Counted from the first letter of the stretch, positions 27,422 to 41,481 are shown. The stretch is DNA of 64,000 nucleotides from Eledone cirrhosa (GCA_964016885.1 OZ024740.1:375286001-375350000), one strand, 5' to 3'. Numbers and translations are program-made. Notes: generated by a model from the sequence alone, not told the origin.

Positions 27422-27750
27422 CAATATAAACAGTTTTATAGATAAATAGATTCGACATACCGTAACAACATCGACTTGTATTTGAAAAGGTTGAATTGGC
27501 AGTGAAAAAATTGTACACAGAGAGAAAGAAAGAGAGAAAAAAGAGAGAAAAAAAGGAAAGAAAGACAGAAAACGAAGAAAAAGAAGAAAAAGAAGAAATG
27601 CATGGAACAAAATAGAGAGATGGAAAGATAGATAAAGAGAAGAACTTCATGTAAAGAAACAGAGATATATATATATATATAGAGAGAGAGGAAATAGAGA
27701 TAGATGTTACGGTATGTCGAATCTATTTATCTATAAAACTGTTTATATTG

Positions 27751-27816
27751 TATTTTGTCTGAGGAAGGCATAGCATATTGTTAATATGTTATCCCTGAAA
27801 TATATATAATGAAATA
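27751..27816 (+). ncRNA. Minimal type I hammerhead
   Basis: tattttgt-CTGAGGA-aggcatagcatatt-gtt-aatatgttatccct-GAAA-tatata-TA-atgaaata. Confidence 0.8.
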
Positions 27817-27945
27817 AATATGGTTTTATAAATATAGTTTCCATTTATTTAATATTGTAAATATACTCCAAATATGTGTCGAGTGCTTTTATATCAGTTA
27901 TAAATATTTACTAGTTGTAACCCAACAATTTAAATATAACTTTCC

Positions 27946-27985
<40 letters not shown>

Positions 27986-28224
27986 GAATAAAAAAAATAG
28001 AGCGAGAAGCTAGGACTATCCATCATCACAGATCTTCTAGCCATCATATGTATTTCTTCTCATTAAAGATCAGATACCTCAGTCCAGCGCGAGAAATAAC
28101 TGGAATAAGTTATTGGGATAAAAATAATTGAGTGGGGAAATAAGGGTAGTCCTAGCTTCTTGCTCAATTTTTTAATTCATATGTATCACATTCGCAACAA
28201 CGAAGCACGCCATTTTTCATTCGT

Positions 28225-28315
<91 letters not shown>

Positions 28316-28343
28316 ATCAAAAGATGGTTAAAAGAGTTCCAAG

Positions 28344-28414
28344 TATTTTATTAGGCGCATTTCAAAAACAAACATCATCATGGGATGATATATGCGTTCT
28401 CATCAGATAAAATA
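28344..28414 (-). ncRNA. Minimal type I hammerhead motif
   Basis: tattttat-CTGATGA-gaac...gttttt-GAAA-tgcgcc-TA-ataaaata (8-bp stem I). Confidence 0.65.
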
Positions 28415-29201
28415 GTTAGACATGATATGGAGCCTAAACAACACTTGTGAATAGTGAAGTTTTAAATCAACATATTATTCATATTGTGTCCGATATTTGC
28501 ATTGCTTTATTGTGCTACAATAAAACTCACCTCCTACATATATATATATAGGAGGGGGCGTGCACGTGTGTGGGTGTATGCACACAAGGCGAGATCAATA
28601 AATATATAGATGGTTGGATATATAGATTACATATATTCAACTAGATAGTTACGCTTGCATGTTTAACTGAAAGTGGTTTAACTTTCCCTATTCTTACATT
28701 AATTAGTAATTCATGCTGCCAATGAAATTCGCTTAAATACGAGTACATGTTTATTCATCTTCAGAGCAGTTGTTGCTATGCTATTTATTTTTACTTGCTA
28801 GGTTTGGAGGACGTGCATTAGCCACGTGTTTCAGATGTCCTTCAATATAAATATCTGAATGCCATTGTTTAAATTGATGCAGATCCAAGCCTTTAAGTTA
28901 GGCTGAATTCAGATCAAACAGAACAAAGATTAAAGACGCTCTATAAAACCGTTATATCGGACTACATTATCTACCCTGTTGTGTTCATTAGGCACCCATT
29001 TGTGATATGCCTCACATTATGCCACTAGGTCTAAAAGATGAAGCGGCTACGCAGAGTTTTTGCCCTACACTGGCTTCCAACTTCAGAGTTATCATATATA
29101 GTAACATAAAATATATGTTGGATAGTCAATGTCTTAACAATCAGATTGACCTTGAAGCGAATTGTATATATATATATATATATATAGTTTTAGTATAGAT
29201 G

Positions 29202-29252
29202 AGATTCTACAGGACTAGAACTGTTTCATTCTTTAGAAATCATCAGGAATCT
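29202..29252 (-). ncRNA. Type I hammerhead ribozyme (relative of the 24.4/26.7 kb family)
   Basis: agattc-CTGATGA-tttc-taaa-gaat-GAAA-cag-ttctagtc-ctg-TA-gaatct. Confidence 0.8.
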
Positions 29253-29561
29253 GGGTATCCAAAAATAAAAGTGGTATATATAGGTCTTTTCAGGTGGTAG
29301 GAGAGGGTGGGGAGTGGGATGGGTAGAGGTCATTGGTTGATAGAAAAGCTAATTCTTTAAAGCTATAATTTATACTTAGAGTGACAAAGGCAGAAATAAT
29401 TCTATAAACAAGTTCAAATTGGGCTGCCACTCTATATTTTAAAGTTTCTCTTAATCTAACAATGCCTATATGTCAGGTGTCTATAAGATCGTTGGGGGTG
29501 GGTCATGGTTGAGGGCTTTAAAGAAAAGGGAACTTCCTTAAAAGCTAATTCTTTAAAGTTC

Positions 29562-29633
<72 letters not shown>

Positions 29634-29941
29634 CATATAATAATAATATATTAGATCAAAAGATGTTTAAAAGAGTTCCATGTATTTTATTATGTGCATT
29701 TGAAAAACAAATATCATCATGCAATAAGATTTGCGTTTTCGTCAGATAAAATAGGGAGACATGATATGAAGGTTAAAACACACTTGTGATATTTGAAATG
29801 CGCATAATAAAATACATGGAATTCTTTTAACCATCTTTTGATCTTATATATTATTATTATTTATACTCCAGTCCTACAAACTGTAGAGTGCTACTTATCC
29901 GATATCTGCATTGCTTTATTGTACTACTATAAAACTCACCT

Positions 29942-30159
<218 letters not shown>

Positions 30160-30346
30160 CACACATATATACATATACATATACACACATATATACATAT
30201 ACATATATATATACGATATATATATATATGTATATATATAAACATGAGAAGAATGAATACTGCGTGGTTGCACATGGGTTACATATGGTAAAATTAGTCC
30301 TTCATCAGTGATTTTCCAACCTTCATTGGTATTACATCGTTTTAAA

Positions 30347-30381
<35 letters not shown>

Positions 30382-30445
30382 TTATACATACATACACACA
30401 CATATAAACACACATACACACATACACATACATATACATGTATAT

Positions 30446-30564
<119 letters not shown>

Positions 30565-30798
30565 CACACACATATATATATATATACATATATATACATA
30601 TATACATGCACATATATATATATATGTAAATATATATATATATATATATATACATATATACATATATATATATTAGGTAAACATTGATGCAATTCAATTC
30701 AAGCATTCAACGTACTTTTTCCACATAGGAGTGACGGAGTAAATATCGAATAAGGAAAAGCGAAGTAGTTTCAGATGTTCAAGTCCTTTAATAATAAT

Positions 30799-30872
30799 GC
30801 TGTGATATATATTTCAGTGACGACACTGGCCACACTGTTCTGTGTGCGAGTCTCGTGTCATCATCAGACAGC
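30799..30872 (-). ncRNA. Type I hammerhead (inverted copy)
   Basis: Reverse complement of 31141-31214. Confidence 0.75.
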
Positions 30873-31140
30873 TTGTTACATAATAAGGTTATGTTTCCGA
30901 GGCAATCCAAATTGGATCTACAAGGGAACGGATGAATTGCGTTCTTGGGTTTTTCATCCGCTCCCTTGTGAGTACTAATTCACCCCCACCGGCCTGCGCA
31001 AGCGCATGTCCGAAGGTAGTTGACCATTCTCCACCGCAGACACAAGAGAGCGGATGAAAAACCCAAGAACACGCAATTCATCCGTTCCCTTGTCGATCCA
31101 ATTTGGATTGCCTCGGAAACATAACCTTATTATGTAACAA

Positions 31141-31214
31141 GCTGTCTGATGATGACACGACACTCACACACAGAACAGTGTGGCCAGTCTCGTCACTGAA
31201 ATATATATCACAGC
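31141..31214 (+). ncRNA. Type I hammerhead
   Basis: gctgt-CTGATGA-tgacacgacact..agtctcgtcact-GAAA-tatata-TC-acagc. Confidence 0.8.
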
Positions 31215-32442
31215 ATTATTATTAAAGGACTTGAACATCTGAAACTACTTCGCTTTTCCTTATTCGATATTTACTCCGTCACTCCTATGTGGAAAAAGTA
31301 CGTTGCGTGCTTGAATTGAATTGCATCAATGTTTACCCTAATAATTTAGATCCAATAGTTGAGCGCTTTACGATGTAACCGATATGGTGGAGAAGAGAGG
31401 AACCAACCATAAGCTACCCCGGCAATTCCCTCTACCATGGGGATGAATCCCCTTACATGGACGGACATAATAGTAACTTTCAGCAGGATAAATACGCGGA
31501 AACAAATAATATGATAAACCCCTATTTTCCTGCTCCAAATTGCACTTGAACAGAGGCCCCCTTCAATTCAATCTATATATGGACAGATGGACAATCATAT
31601 GGATCAACTATGTACTCTGTGTTTTTGCATGTATTCACTGTTGGTTCTGTTCTTTTCTTTTGTGTACTTTATGTCTGTTTTTCTTTGATTTTGTTCCATA
31701 TGATGGAAATTAGGACTGTGTACCAGATTCACTAATGCCTGGAGCCCGGTAGTTATAATGTACGACACTGTCGTTCAATATGTGGATAGAGTAACTGTGA
31801 CACTAGAATCCCTCTCAGAACATATTACTTAAACACCTCTCTCCATATTATTTACTCACTTGAGTCTATATTTTTACTCACCTCAATCCGAATTATCACC
31901 TGAAAAGAACTTTTTTAATTCTTTTTTTAATTCTTTAATTTCTAATTGTTAATTTCTTAATTGTTTAATTTATAATTTCTGATATTTGATTCAGGATTTT
32001 AATTTTTATTTCCAACTCTCACTCTTAACTTCCAACGTAAAACCATGATATCTAGAATAAGTTTATTTTCCCTAATAAGGTGATGGTCAGTAGTACCGTC
32101 AACGCTTAGTGAGGGGTAGTATTATGACCTGTAAAAACCTAACACTCTCCCATCCCCTCTGGCTCTCGGCTGTCTGCCACAGCCGTGATGGCTAGCAGTA
32201 AAGTATGGTACAGGCATTGGTGGGCCATTGTTTTGGATGACAGGGTGAACTGATTAAGCAAATTTTGTTGAGTCTGCGGTGGAGAATGGTCAACTTCCTT
32301 CGGACATGCGCTTGCGCAGGCCGGTGGGGGTGAATTGGTACTCACAAGGGAGCGGATGAAAAACCCAAGAACACGCAATTCATCCGTTCCCTTGTCGATC
32401 CAATTTAGATTGCCTCAGAAACATAACCTTATTATGTAACAA

Positions 32443-32516
32443 GCTGTCTGATGATGACACGACACTCGCACACAGAACAGTGTGGCCAGTGTCGTCACTG
32501 AAATATATATCACAGC
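32443..32516 (+). ncRNA. Type I hammerhead (direct copy)
   Basis: Same motif; stem II contains acgacact/agtgtcgt. Confidence 0.8.
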
Positions 32517-32527
32517 ATTATTATTAA

Positions 32528-32699
32528 GCAGTGTCGGTAGAGGGTCGGACGCCATGCTTTCCAGCATAGTTACGTCCCTTTACGATCTGAGTTAAAATCC
32601 CGCCGAGGTTGACTTTGCCTTTCATCCTTACGGGGTAGATAAAATAAAGTACCAGTAATGTACTGGATAATTGCTGGCCTTGTGCCTAAAGTAGAAACA
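32528..32699 (+). mobile_element. SINE inserted into a pLTR
   Basis: SINE core flanked by duplicated ATTATTATTAA. The pLTR sequence resumes (AGGACTTGAAC) after it. Confidence 0.9.
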
Positions 32700-33066
32700 A
32701 TTATTATTAAAGGACTTGAACATCTGAAACTACTTCGCTTTTCCTTATTCGATACATATATATATATATATATACACACCTACAAACACACATATATACA
32801 TATGTACACATACATATATACATATACACACATACACACACATACACATACATATACACATACATATACACATAGGTATATACACACATATACACATATA
32901 TACATACATATACATATATATACATATATATACATATACATATATATACATATATATACATATATATATATATACATATACATATAGATACATACACATA
33001 TAAATCCACATACATATATACATACAGATATATATATACACAATATACACATATACATATATATAC

Positions 33067-33157
<91 letters not shown>

Positions 33158-33216
33158 TACACACACATACACATATATTTATATATACACACATACACAA
33201 ATATATATATATATAT

Positions 33217-33251
<35 letters not shown>

Positions 33252-33256
33252 AATAC

Positions 33257-33297
<41 letters not shown>

Positions 33298-33414
33298 TAT
33301 ATGCACATACATACACATATATATATATAGATATATATATATATAGATATATATATACACTTACATATATACATATATACATACATATACACACATATTT
33401 ATATATACATACAT

Positions 33415-33449
<35 letters not shown>

Positions 33450-33559
33450 CATACATAGACACATATATACATATATACACACATATATACCCACATATAC
33501 ACATACATATATATATACATATATACACATACACATACATACACACACATATATATACA

Positions 33560-36350
33560 CTAGCAGTTTAGCCCGGCGTTTATCGGGTTTGTTCATTTGC
33601 TATGAAAAGTTACATACAGGTAAACGTGGCTTGAAAGCGAATAAGCTTATCAATTAAGTGCATAAATCAGTTGAACCGGTTATTAAAAGTTACGAACCAA
33701 TTAGCATTTTGGTCAATCAATGATGGGTTAATACTCTTTCAATAGCGAATTTAGTAGACCAAAGTTTCAAGATGGTGGCTCTGATGCCGCTGGGTGTCAG
33801 ATCTGTCCGCCATGGGATACCCTACCAGGAAATAGTGTTCCAGACGGCATAGCTACAACACCTGCACCAACTTCTATAGCACCTCTTTGTAGACGATATT
33901 GCGTGTCATCCCTTGAGGAGAGTAAGCAAAAAGTCCATTCCTGCTCCCTGCGCGGGAACAGGCAACATAAAGTTGGCCAATGGAGAAGCATGGCTCCTCT
34001 AAATGGATGCCCGCCACCGACAATGTTAGCCCTTGTGACTTGTTAATGGACATGGCAAAACATGGTCTCACCGGGAATTGGGATCGTCGGAAATCGAACG
34101 GGATATCTGACGCCGAGGGGAAAAGATTCATCCTTGGAATGAAAACATTCTCCCTTCTTCCGCACCCCGTTACAATGGTGGCCTCAATCAAGTGGGTGTC
34201 AGTGACTTGACGACCATGCGAGTACCGTTGCACTGCTTTGGTGGACGCAAGTTCCTTATTAGCATAATGGGACAGCCAACCCTAAGCTTAATAATGTGAG
34301 GTGGGAGCCCTGGGGGCTCAAGGAGATTTAATAACTCAACCGGATAATTAACGATATCGTCGGGGCCTGATTTGAAGATGTGCTCTTTTCCGGGAAGCTT
34401 CTCAATCGGCTGCTTGTTAATAAAATTAACCATGGTATTTTTCGGAGCAAGGGTGGCTCTTTCGCTGAGCCAATCGAGGTTTTTAAAGTTAGATGAGACA
34501 TTAGGAAAAACTGCTTCCCAAAGGTCAGAAGGGCTGCTCACAATCTTGCACAGGGTGTCGGTTGCTATTCCGCCCTTGTCATCCGCAGAGATCTTGCCCT
34601 CACCAAGTGCTAAAATGTTCTGTGCTGCAGACATTTTGTCACCATGCAAATGAGCACGCATATTTGTGCTCAGGCATTAAACTATTCACCTGGAGCCACA
34701 ACATGGACGACTTAAGACAGGCACGCACTTCATCAGCTCTTGTCCATTTGGGGATGACAGGCAGCGTTTTCCGAAAATCCCCTGATAGCAGATGGTTACG
34801 CCACCCATAGGAGCCGTAGAATCCCTAATGTCTTTCCGGACCCTGTCCAATGCCTCAAGGGCACCCTTTGTGCCATTCTGCACTCATCCCAAACAATGAG
34901 GCAACATCTTTTGAGAACCAGAGCTTTGTGTGAACTCTTGCTGATATTGAATGTTGGTGTCTCATTTTGTATTAAATCCAAAGGGAGTTTAAATGTTGAA
35001 TGTGCTGTCCTGCCTCCCGGCAGCAAAGTAGCAGCGATCCCGGACGATGCAACGGACAACGCAACTTTTTTCTCCTGACGAATCTTAGCGAGAATCAAAT
35101 TCGTTACAAAAGATTTTCCGGTACCCCCAAGAGCGTTCTTTTATTGGGGGGATCCGGGGTTTTTTTTGTTGACCTTGAGGTATAACCAGTCAGTAGTTCC
35201 TTCAAAGGCTCTGGCGGTTCCGGAAGTGGGGGCAAGGTGACGTTACCTTTTAAGCAGAACATTGCAGGTGGCTCCCCAGCCCACTTTGTAGCATTGCAGA
35301 ATTGGCAATTGAAGCGCATCTCGCCTATATTTATGTCAGAGCGCATCGAGTAATTAACGTTTTGCTCATACTTGAATGGCCGTAGGTGCCAGTAAGGGCT
35401 GTTGGGGCTCGTCACACCGCGTGCAGCTTCTCGCCGTCGACTGTTACGCTTGAACGTAGAACATTGGTCGTGTGGTTGGTGGGAAGATCTGGCAGCAATA
35501 GCAGAAGCCACATTTGCAATGGACCGCCCGTCTGCATCTTCAGAAGCCATGAAAGTAGTCATATCCGCAGCGTCTGTAGGAAGGCGAGCCGTCCGTTGTT
35601 TTAAACGTTCCAAAGACCTGGAAGCAGCATTAGTCGCAGCGTTTCTAGCCAGGCGCTTCGACCCTTGTTCACGGCTCTCTGAAGCCCTGCAAGAAGCCTG
35701 GTATGAAGCCATTTTGGCTAGGCGTGCGGTGCGCTGTTGGAAACTTTCAGCGGCTCAACATTCTGCTGAACGTAAGGCTGTCTGTGAAAGTCTTGAAGCA
35801 TTTTCCTCAGAGGACGCGTTTGGTATAGTAGCCTTTTGCGCTACTGCTGACGCGGTATGTCGACTGTGGCGATTTCTCTTTTTAGGTGGCATTTTATGTC
35901 CAAAAGAAAGGGTGAAATTTACTTGTACAGAAAAATTGACTTTGAAAGTCTACTGTCTGTTTATGAATATTGTTATTGTTGTTGTGATACAAATGTTAGT
36001 AAGTAAATGGGTATCGAAAAATAAAGGGTGAAAGTTACTTCAACATAAAAATTGACTTTAAAAGTATAAGGCTGATAATTGAATGTAAAAAGATTGATAA
36101 GAAAGCCCCCCCCCCCCCCCCCAAAAAAAAAATGTACAGGTATTTGTATGTATGTGTGTATTTTTATGTCGAAAAGAAAGGGTTAAAGTTACTTCTACAG
36201 AAAAATATAGTTTGAAAGTGTAAGGCCGATGTGTGTGTAAATTAAGTAACAGGTATTTGTATGTATGTGTGTATATGTATGTATGTGTGTATGGAAGTGT
36301 AAGGCCGATGTGTGTGTAAATTAAGTGACAGGTATTTGTATGTATGTGTG

Positions 36351-36382
<32 letters not shown>

Positions 36383-37069
36383 TGTATGTATGTATGTATG
36401 TATGTATGTATGTATGTATGTATTAAAGGTTGAAAGTTACTTCAACATAAAAATTGACTTTGAAAGTATAAGGCTGATAATTGAATGTAAAAAGATTGAT
36501 AAGAAAGGCCCCCCCAAAAAATTTACAGGTATTTGTATGTATGTGTATTTTTATGTCGAAAATAAAGGGTTAAAGTTACTTATACAGAAAAATTTAGTTT
36601 GAAAGTGTAAGGCCGATCTCTTTATCATTATATGCTATTGTTATTTCTAAAGCAAACTGTGTATGCGTTGATTGATTGAAATTCCCGCGTTCCTGTTTCT
36701 CTGACGTCAATCGTAACCATACCAACATATATGTGTGTGTATGCACCCACATATATGTGTGTATATGTTTTTTTTCAATGTTTCTCTTTTTCACCAACAC
36801 TTATAAGAGAAGGTAGCAATTTTAAGGGCAGGTGATGAATGGGAGTAGATATAGGAAACGTATATCATATGAGAGAGGAGAAATCATCGATTGTTGAAAT
36901 AAATCGATTTTTCCGTAATTGTGGCATTTTTTACACAATAAGATCGCCCATGACCCAAGTTAGAATATTTGTAAACATTCTGCTTAATTATTCATTCAAT
37001 ATTTTTGGAATTGTGTAAATGTATAAAATTGAAACATACATACAGACACAAAAATCTGCCTTTTATAGA
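33560..37069 (-). mobile_element. Internally deleted Helitron
   Basis: Minus strand starts A|TCTATAAAAGG (37069) and ends hairpin CCCGA..CCGGG + CTAG|T (33560). Contains helicase remnants. Confidence 0.9.
33874..35892 (-). pseudogene. Helitron RepHel remnant: N-terminal repeat/zinc region joined to Pif1-like helicase, frameshifted
   Basis: C..C.A.KW.GE....C..G.V.LP, then GTGKSF, VASSGIAATLLPGGRTAHSTFKLP, LIVWDE, LRVGCPIMLIRNL...CNGTR, QFPVRPCFAMSINKSQGLT, GQLYVACSR. Confidence 0.9.
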
Positions 37070-37073
37070 TAAT

Positions 37074-37252
37074 TGTTTCTACTTTAGGCACAAGGCGAGC
37101 AATTACCCAGTGCATTACTGGTACTTTATTTTATCGACTCCGTAAGGATGAAAGGCAAAGTCAACACCAGCGGGATTTGAACTCATATCGTAAAGGGACG
37201 TAACTATGCTGGAAAGCATGGCGTCCGACCCTCTACCGATACTGCCAATCCA
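37074..37252 (-). mobile_element. SINE with 18-bp flanking duplication
   Basis: CTGCCTTTTATAGATAAT at 37056-37073 and 37253-37270. Confidence 0.9.
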
Positions 37253-37431
37253 CTGCCTTTTATAGATAATGATATATAAATATATATATATATATACATA
37301 TACATATACACACACAAGTACACATACACACATATATACACATACGCATATATACGCATAAATATATACATATATAGACATATATATACACATACATACA
37401 TATATATATATATATACACATATATACCTAC

Positions 37432-37478
<47 letters not shown>

Positions 37479-37507
37479 CATATATACACATACATATACA
37501 TAGACAC

Positions 37508-37542
<35 letters not shown>

Positions 37543-37569
37543 CATACATACATATATATATACACATAC

Positions 37570-37695
<126 letters not shown>

Positions 37696-37765
37696 ATATA
37701 TATATATATAAACTATATACACATATAGATAAATATATACACATACACATACATAAACATATAGC

Positions 37766-40376
37766 TTTGAATAACTTTGAATAACTTTGAAATGTTTTGG
37801 CCAGTATTGGCCCAGGCCATGTCTAACTTAATAGCACCACCTGGCGAAGTCTTTCAATTCAGGATTTGGTCACCATGGCCCATTCGAGAAGAGAATTACT
37901 GTTTGCGGATACATATCCGAGTGTGGGTGGTTTGTCCGGGATTACTTGGAGGAATTTGTCCAAAGAATTCTTGAATTTTGTGTCGTCAGTTTCTGTTTTG
38001 ACGTTTCCTGGTGTGATGTTGAAGAGAGCAGGGCCAATTGAGGTGAAATAATTGTGCCATATTATTGTTATGAGTTGCGATTTAGATTTTTGTTTGGGAC
38101 GGATAGCACGGAGACCAAGCCTTGGGTGCATTTTGAAGGTGATGCCAACATCATTTGGGCAGTGCTGATGAAACATTTTCCACATCATGCAAATAATATA
38201 ACGCTCACGGCGACGTTGGAGTGAGTAAAGTTTCAGCTTTTCTAGTCGACCCCAGTAGTCAACATCTGACATGCCATCTATCTTTTTCGTGATTGCCCTT
38301 TGGGGAGCTTCAAGTTTCATGATACTTTGTTTCGTGTGGGCAGACCACAGTGGACAACAGTATTCAAGGTGTGGTCGGGCAAAAGTGGAGAAGAGAAGGA
38401 TAATGGTGTGGGATTTTCTCGAGTGGAAGGTTCTGAGGATCCAGGAACACATTATGCGGGTCATGTCAACTTTGCTGTTTATATGCGTGGCCCAGCTTAT
38501 GTTGCTGTCCACGGTTACTACCATGTCTCTGATGTTGTTAGATGCCACGAGAGTTTCACCGGAGGCAAGGGAGTACTGGAGTTTCAGAGCATCCTCTTTT
38601 CCAAAGTGGATCAGCTCGAATTTGTCTTCGTTCAATAACACGTTCTTTTCCGCCCATTGGGCAACAGCCAGTAGGTCTGACTGAAGGCTTATCCGGTCAT
38701 CCACGCCATTGATGACCCTTTGGAGCTTGGAATCATCAGCGAAAATTCTAATGTTGCTGTGTTTGATGATGTCAGGGATGTCATTAATATAGATGATGAA
38801 GAGAAGTGGGCCCAACACAGTGCCTTGTGGGACCCCTGACTTTGGCTGGGCTGGATTTGACTCCATCGACTACAATATGTTGGGTTCTGTTTGACAGGAA
38901 GCTCTTGATCCACTGCAGCAGCTTTTCAGTGACACCAATATTGGACAGCTTTCTCAGTAGAATGTTCGTGATCAACCCTGTCAAAGGCTTTGCTGAAATC
39001 AATGTAGATAACATCAGTGTTGGAACCCTCTCCCAAGGCTCTCAAAACGTCATCAAAGTGATGCAGTAGCTGCGTCAGGCAATCCCTTCCTTTACGGAAT
39101 CCATGCTGGTTGGAGTTCAGCATATTGTTACTCTCAAGGAAGTGAGTCATTCGCGATCTCACAACTCTCTCAAATACCTTAATGATATGAGAGGTGAGTG
39201 AGATTGGACGGTAATTCACGGCAAGGGATTTGTTTCCTCTTTTGAAAACTGGGACAACAGACTGGGATAGAAGGTTTTAGGCACATATCCAGCATCCAGT
39301 GAGTTCCGCAACAGATTGGCAAGAGGAGATGCAAGTTGGTGTTGACACGCCTTCAAGACACAAGCAGGGAACCTATCGGGACCTACTGCTGAATTAGGCT
39401 TGATTTCCTTTATTGCCGCTAAGACATCAGGGGCGCCAAATGTTATGTCCGATAAGGTCTAATAGGGAGTAACATCGCCGATACAGCCCAGATCGGCCAT
39501 ATCAGGATTGCTGAAAACAGAGTAGTATTGTTTCTGAAGTATCTCACCCATGGTTTTAGCATTGTCTTGAAGAGTGCCATTTTCATCAATTAGAGGACCA
39601 ACAGTAGAGCCAGTGATTTTGTGTTTTTTTTGCAAATGAAAAGAACACTTTGGGATTGAGTTTGATCTTCTCAATGGCCCAGGCCTCTTCAGCTCTTCTC
39701 TGCTTATTGATGATAGACATCATATTGTTTTGGAGGTTATGTTTTTTAATCTCCAGTGATGAAATGGCAGTCAAGTTGATGTGTTGCTGATGACAGTATT
39801 TCAGCTTATTGATTTTTTTGTTAGTTCTCTTAATTTTCCTGATGAGCGTTTTTCTATTTGTAGGGATTCTGCTCTTAGATTTGTTTATAGTTCTTAATGG
39901 GGTGTGTTTTGCACATATGTTTGTAACAGTGTCCACAAATGTCTGCCAGGACTTTTTGATGTTAGTGGGTGTGTGAGTGTGCGTGAAGGACCAGTCGACA
40001 TGTGCAAGATAATGACTGATCGCTTCCCAGTTTGCATAGTGTAAATCCATAGCGTCAAACGGATGCACAGGAGAGATGACATTGGGTTTGTATATTGGAC
40101 GGTGGAATCTCAGATCACAGAGAACCATGTCATGATCAGAGAGTAGAGTTCTCTCGACTGCAATATAGTGGATAGTGTCAGTGTGATTGCTGAAAATTAA
40201 GTCTAGGACGTTTTTGTGGCACCTCGTTGGTTCGAGCACCGGTTGGGACAGGAAAAAATCATCCATGAAGTCAAGAAGCGATTCCACTGCTTCTCTGTCA
40301 GAGGTTGAGGCAGAAGAACCTGGTGGCAGGCTGTTTGTGGACCAGTCAACTCCGGTTAAGATGTTGTCAGGGTGAC
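37766..40376 (-). mobile_element. 5'-truncated CR1/L2-group LINE, ORF2 (APE end + RT) frameshifted
   Basis: LDLIFSN..LSDH, NYRPISLTS, QHGFR, YIDFSKAFDRV, SGVPQGTVLGPLLF, FADD, HLEYCCPLW. The tail is a 10-bp tandem (TTCAAAGTTA)n. Confidence 0.92.
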
Positions 40377-40401
40377 ACTTTTGGATGAAACACTTTATTT
40401 A

Positions 40402-41180
40402 TTGTTTATTTTCCTATCTTCGTTTTGCTTTTATCCTTCTATGTTATTTATTTGTCCCCCTCGCCTTACGCGAATGTTGATCCCAATAACTTTTTTTAGT
40501 TATTGCTCGCACCAACCTGAGGTATCTGATTTTTAATGCTATGAAATACCAATGATGGTTGGAAAATCACTGACGAAGGACTATTTTTATCATAGGTAAC
40601 CCATGTGCAAACCACGCAGTATTCTTCTTTCTTCTCATGTTTTTTATATATATTTACCTCGGCTGCGTTTGTCTGTTTCTCTCTTACTGCTTCCCCGCTC
40701 TCTCTGTTTATCTCGCCTTCTTTCGCCCCCTCTGTCAGTTACACTTTCTCTCGACTGACCTCTTCCTCACACTTCCACTCACTCACTCTCTGTTGCTACT
40801 CTTCTCACTTCCTCCCGTTTGGCTTGTGTGGGTCTCTTCTTGCTCACATCTCACACACATCAACACGGTCTGTACCTCTCTCGCTCATGAAATCCACCCA
40901 GATTATGCTGACCGGACAACTATGTTGCTTGTTTATTTTCCTATATTCGGTTTGCTTTTATCCTTCTATGTTGTTTACTTGTCCCCCCTCGCCTTACGCG
41001 AATTCTGGTCCCAATAACTTTTTTTAGTTATTGCTCGCACCAACCTGAGGTATCTGATTTTTAATGCGATGATATACCAATGATGGTTGGAAAATCACTG
41101 ACGAAGGAGTATTTTTATCATAGGTAACCCATGTGCAAATCACGCAGTATTCTTCTTACTTCTCATGTTTTATATATATA
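40402..41180 (+). repeat. Direct repeats (~250 bp, period ~527 bp) with decayed hammerhead-like core
   Basis: 40402-40652 and 40929-41180; ccaac-CTGAGGT...GAAA...gttgg. Confidence 0.85.
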
Positions 41181-41432
41181 TATACACATACACAGGCATG
41201 TATATATATATATATATATATATAGTATTAAGGGTACTATTTATGGTTATGTATGCAATAAAACCTTTGATGGTAATATATTATATATACACAAACCCTA
41301 AATAGTGAGAGATAGTCTTTAATTACTATCCTATTACCAGTAAGTTAAATAGCTCAATGTAATAACATCAGTTGTTATACAGAGCAGTTATATAGAGATT
41401 ACAGTAATCAAAGTTCAGTTTAAGTCATTTAT

Positions 41433-41481
41433 TTGCTTACAATTGTTTCCTCCAAACCGAGGTTTGGATTCTTCGGAGCAA
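41433..41481 (-). ncRNA. Minimal hammerhead (mirror copy)
   Basis: Reverse complement of 41662-41710. Confidence 0.7.

Larger units (their letters stand above)
27313..27859. repeat. Inverted repeat unit (~155 bp near-identical arms), each arm with a hammerhead
   Basis: 27313-27466 versus 27705-27859, with a purine-rich spacer. Confidence 0.95.
30671..32753 (+). mobile_element. Non-coding retrozyme/PLE-like unit: inverted pLTR + two direct pLTRs, each with a hammerhead
   Basis: 30671-30963 is inverted to 31048-31343. A further direct copy at ~32270-32753 is split by a SINE. Confidence 0.8.

Noticed and set aside
35402-36031. 209-aa plus-strand ORF
   Set aside because: Antisense of the Helitron N-terminal repeat region.
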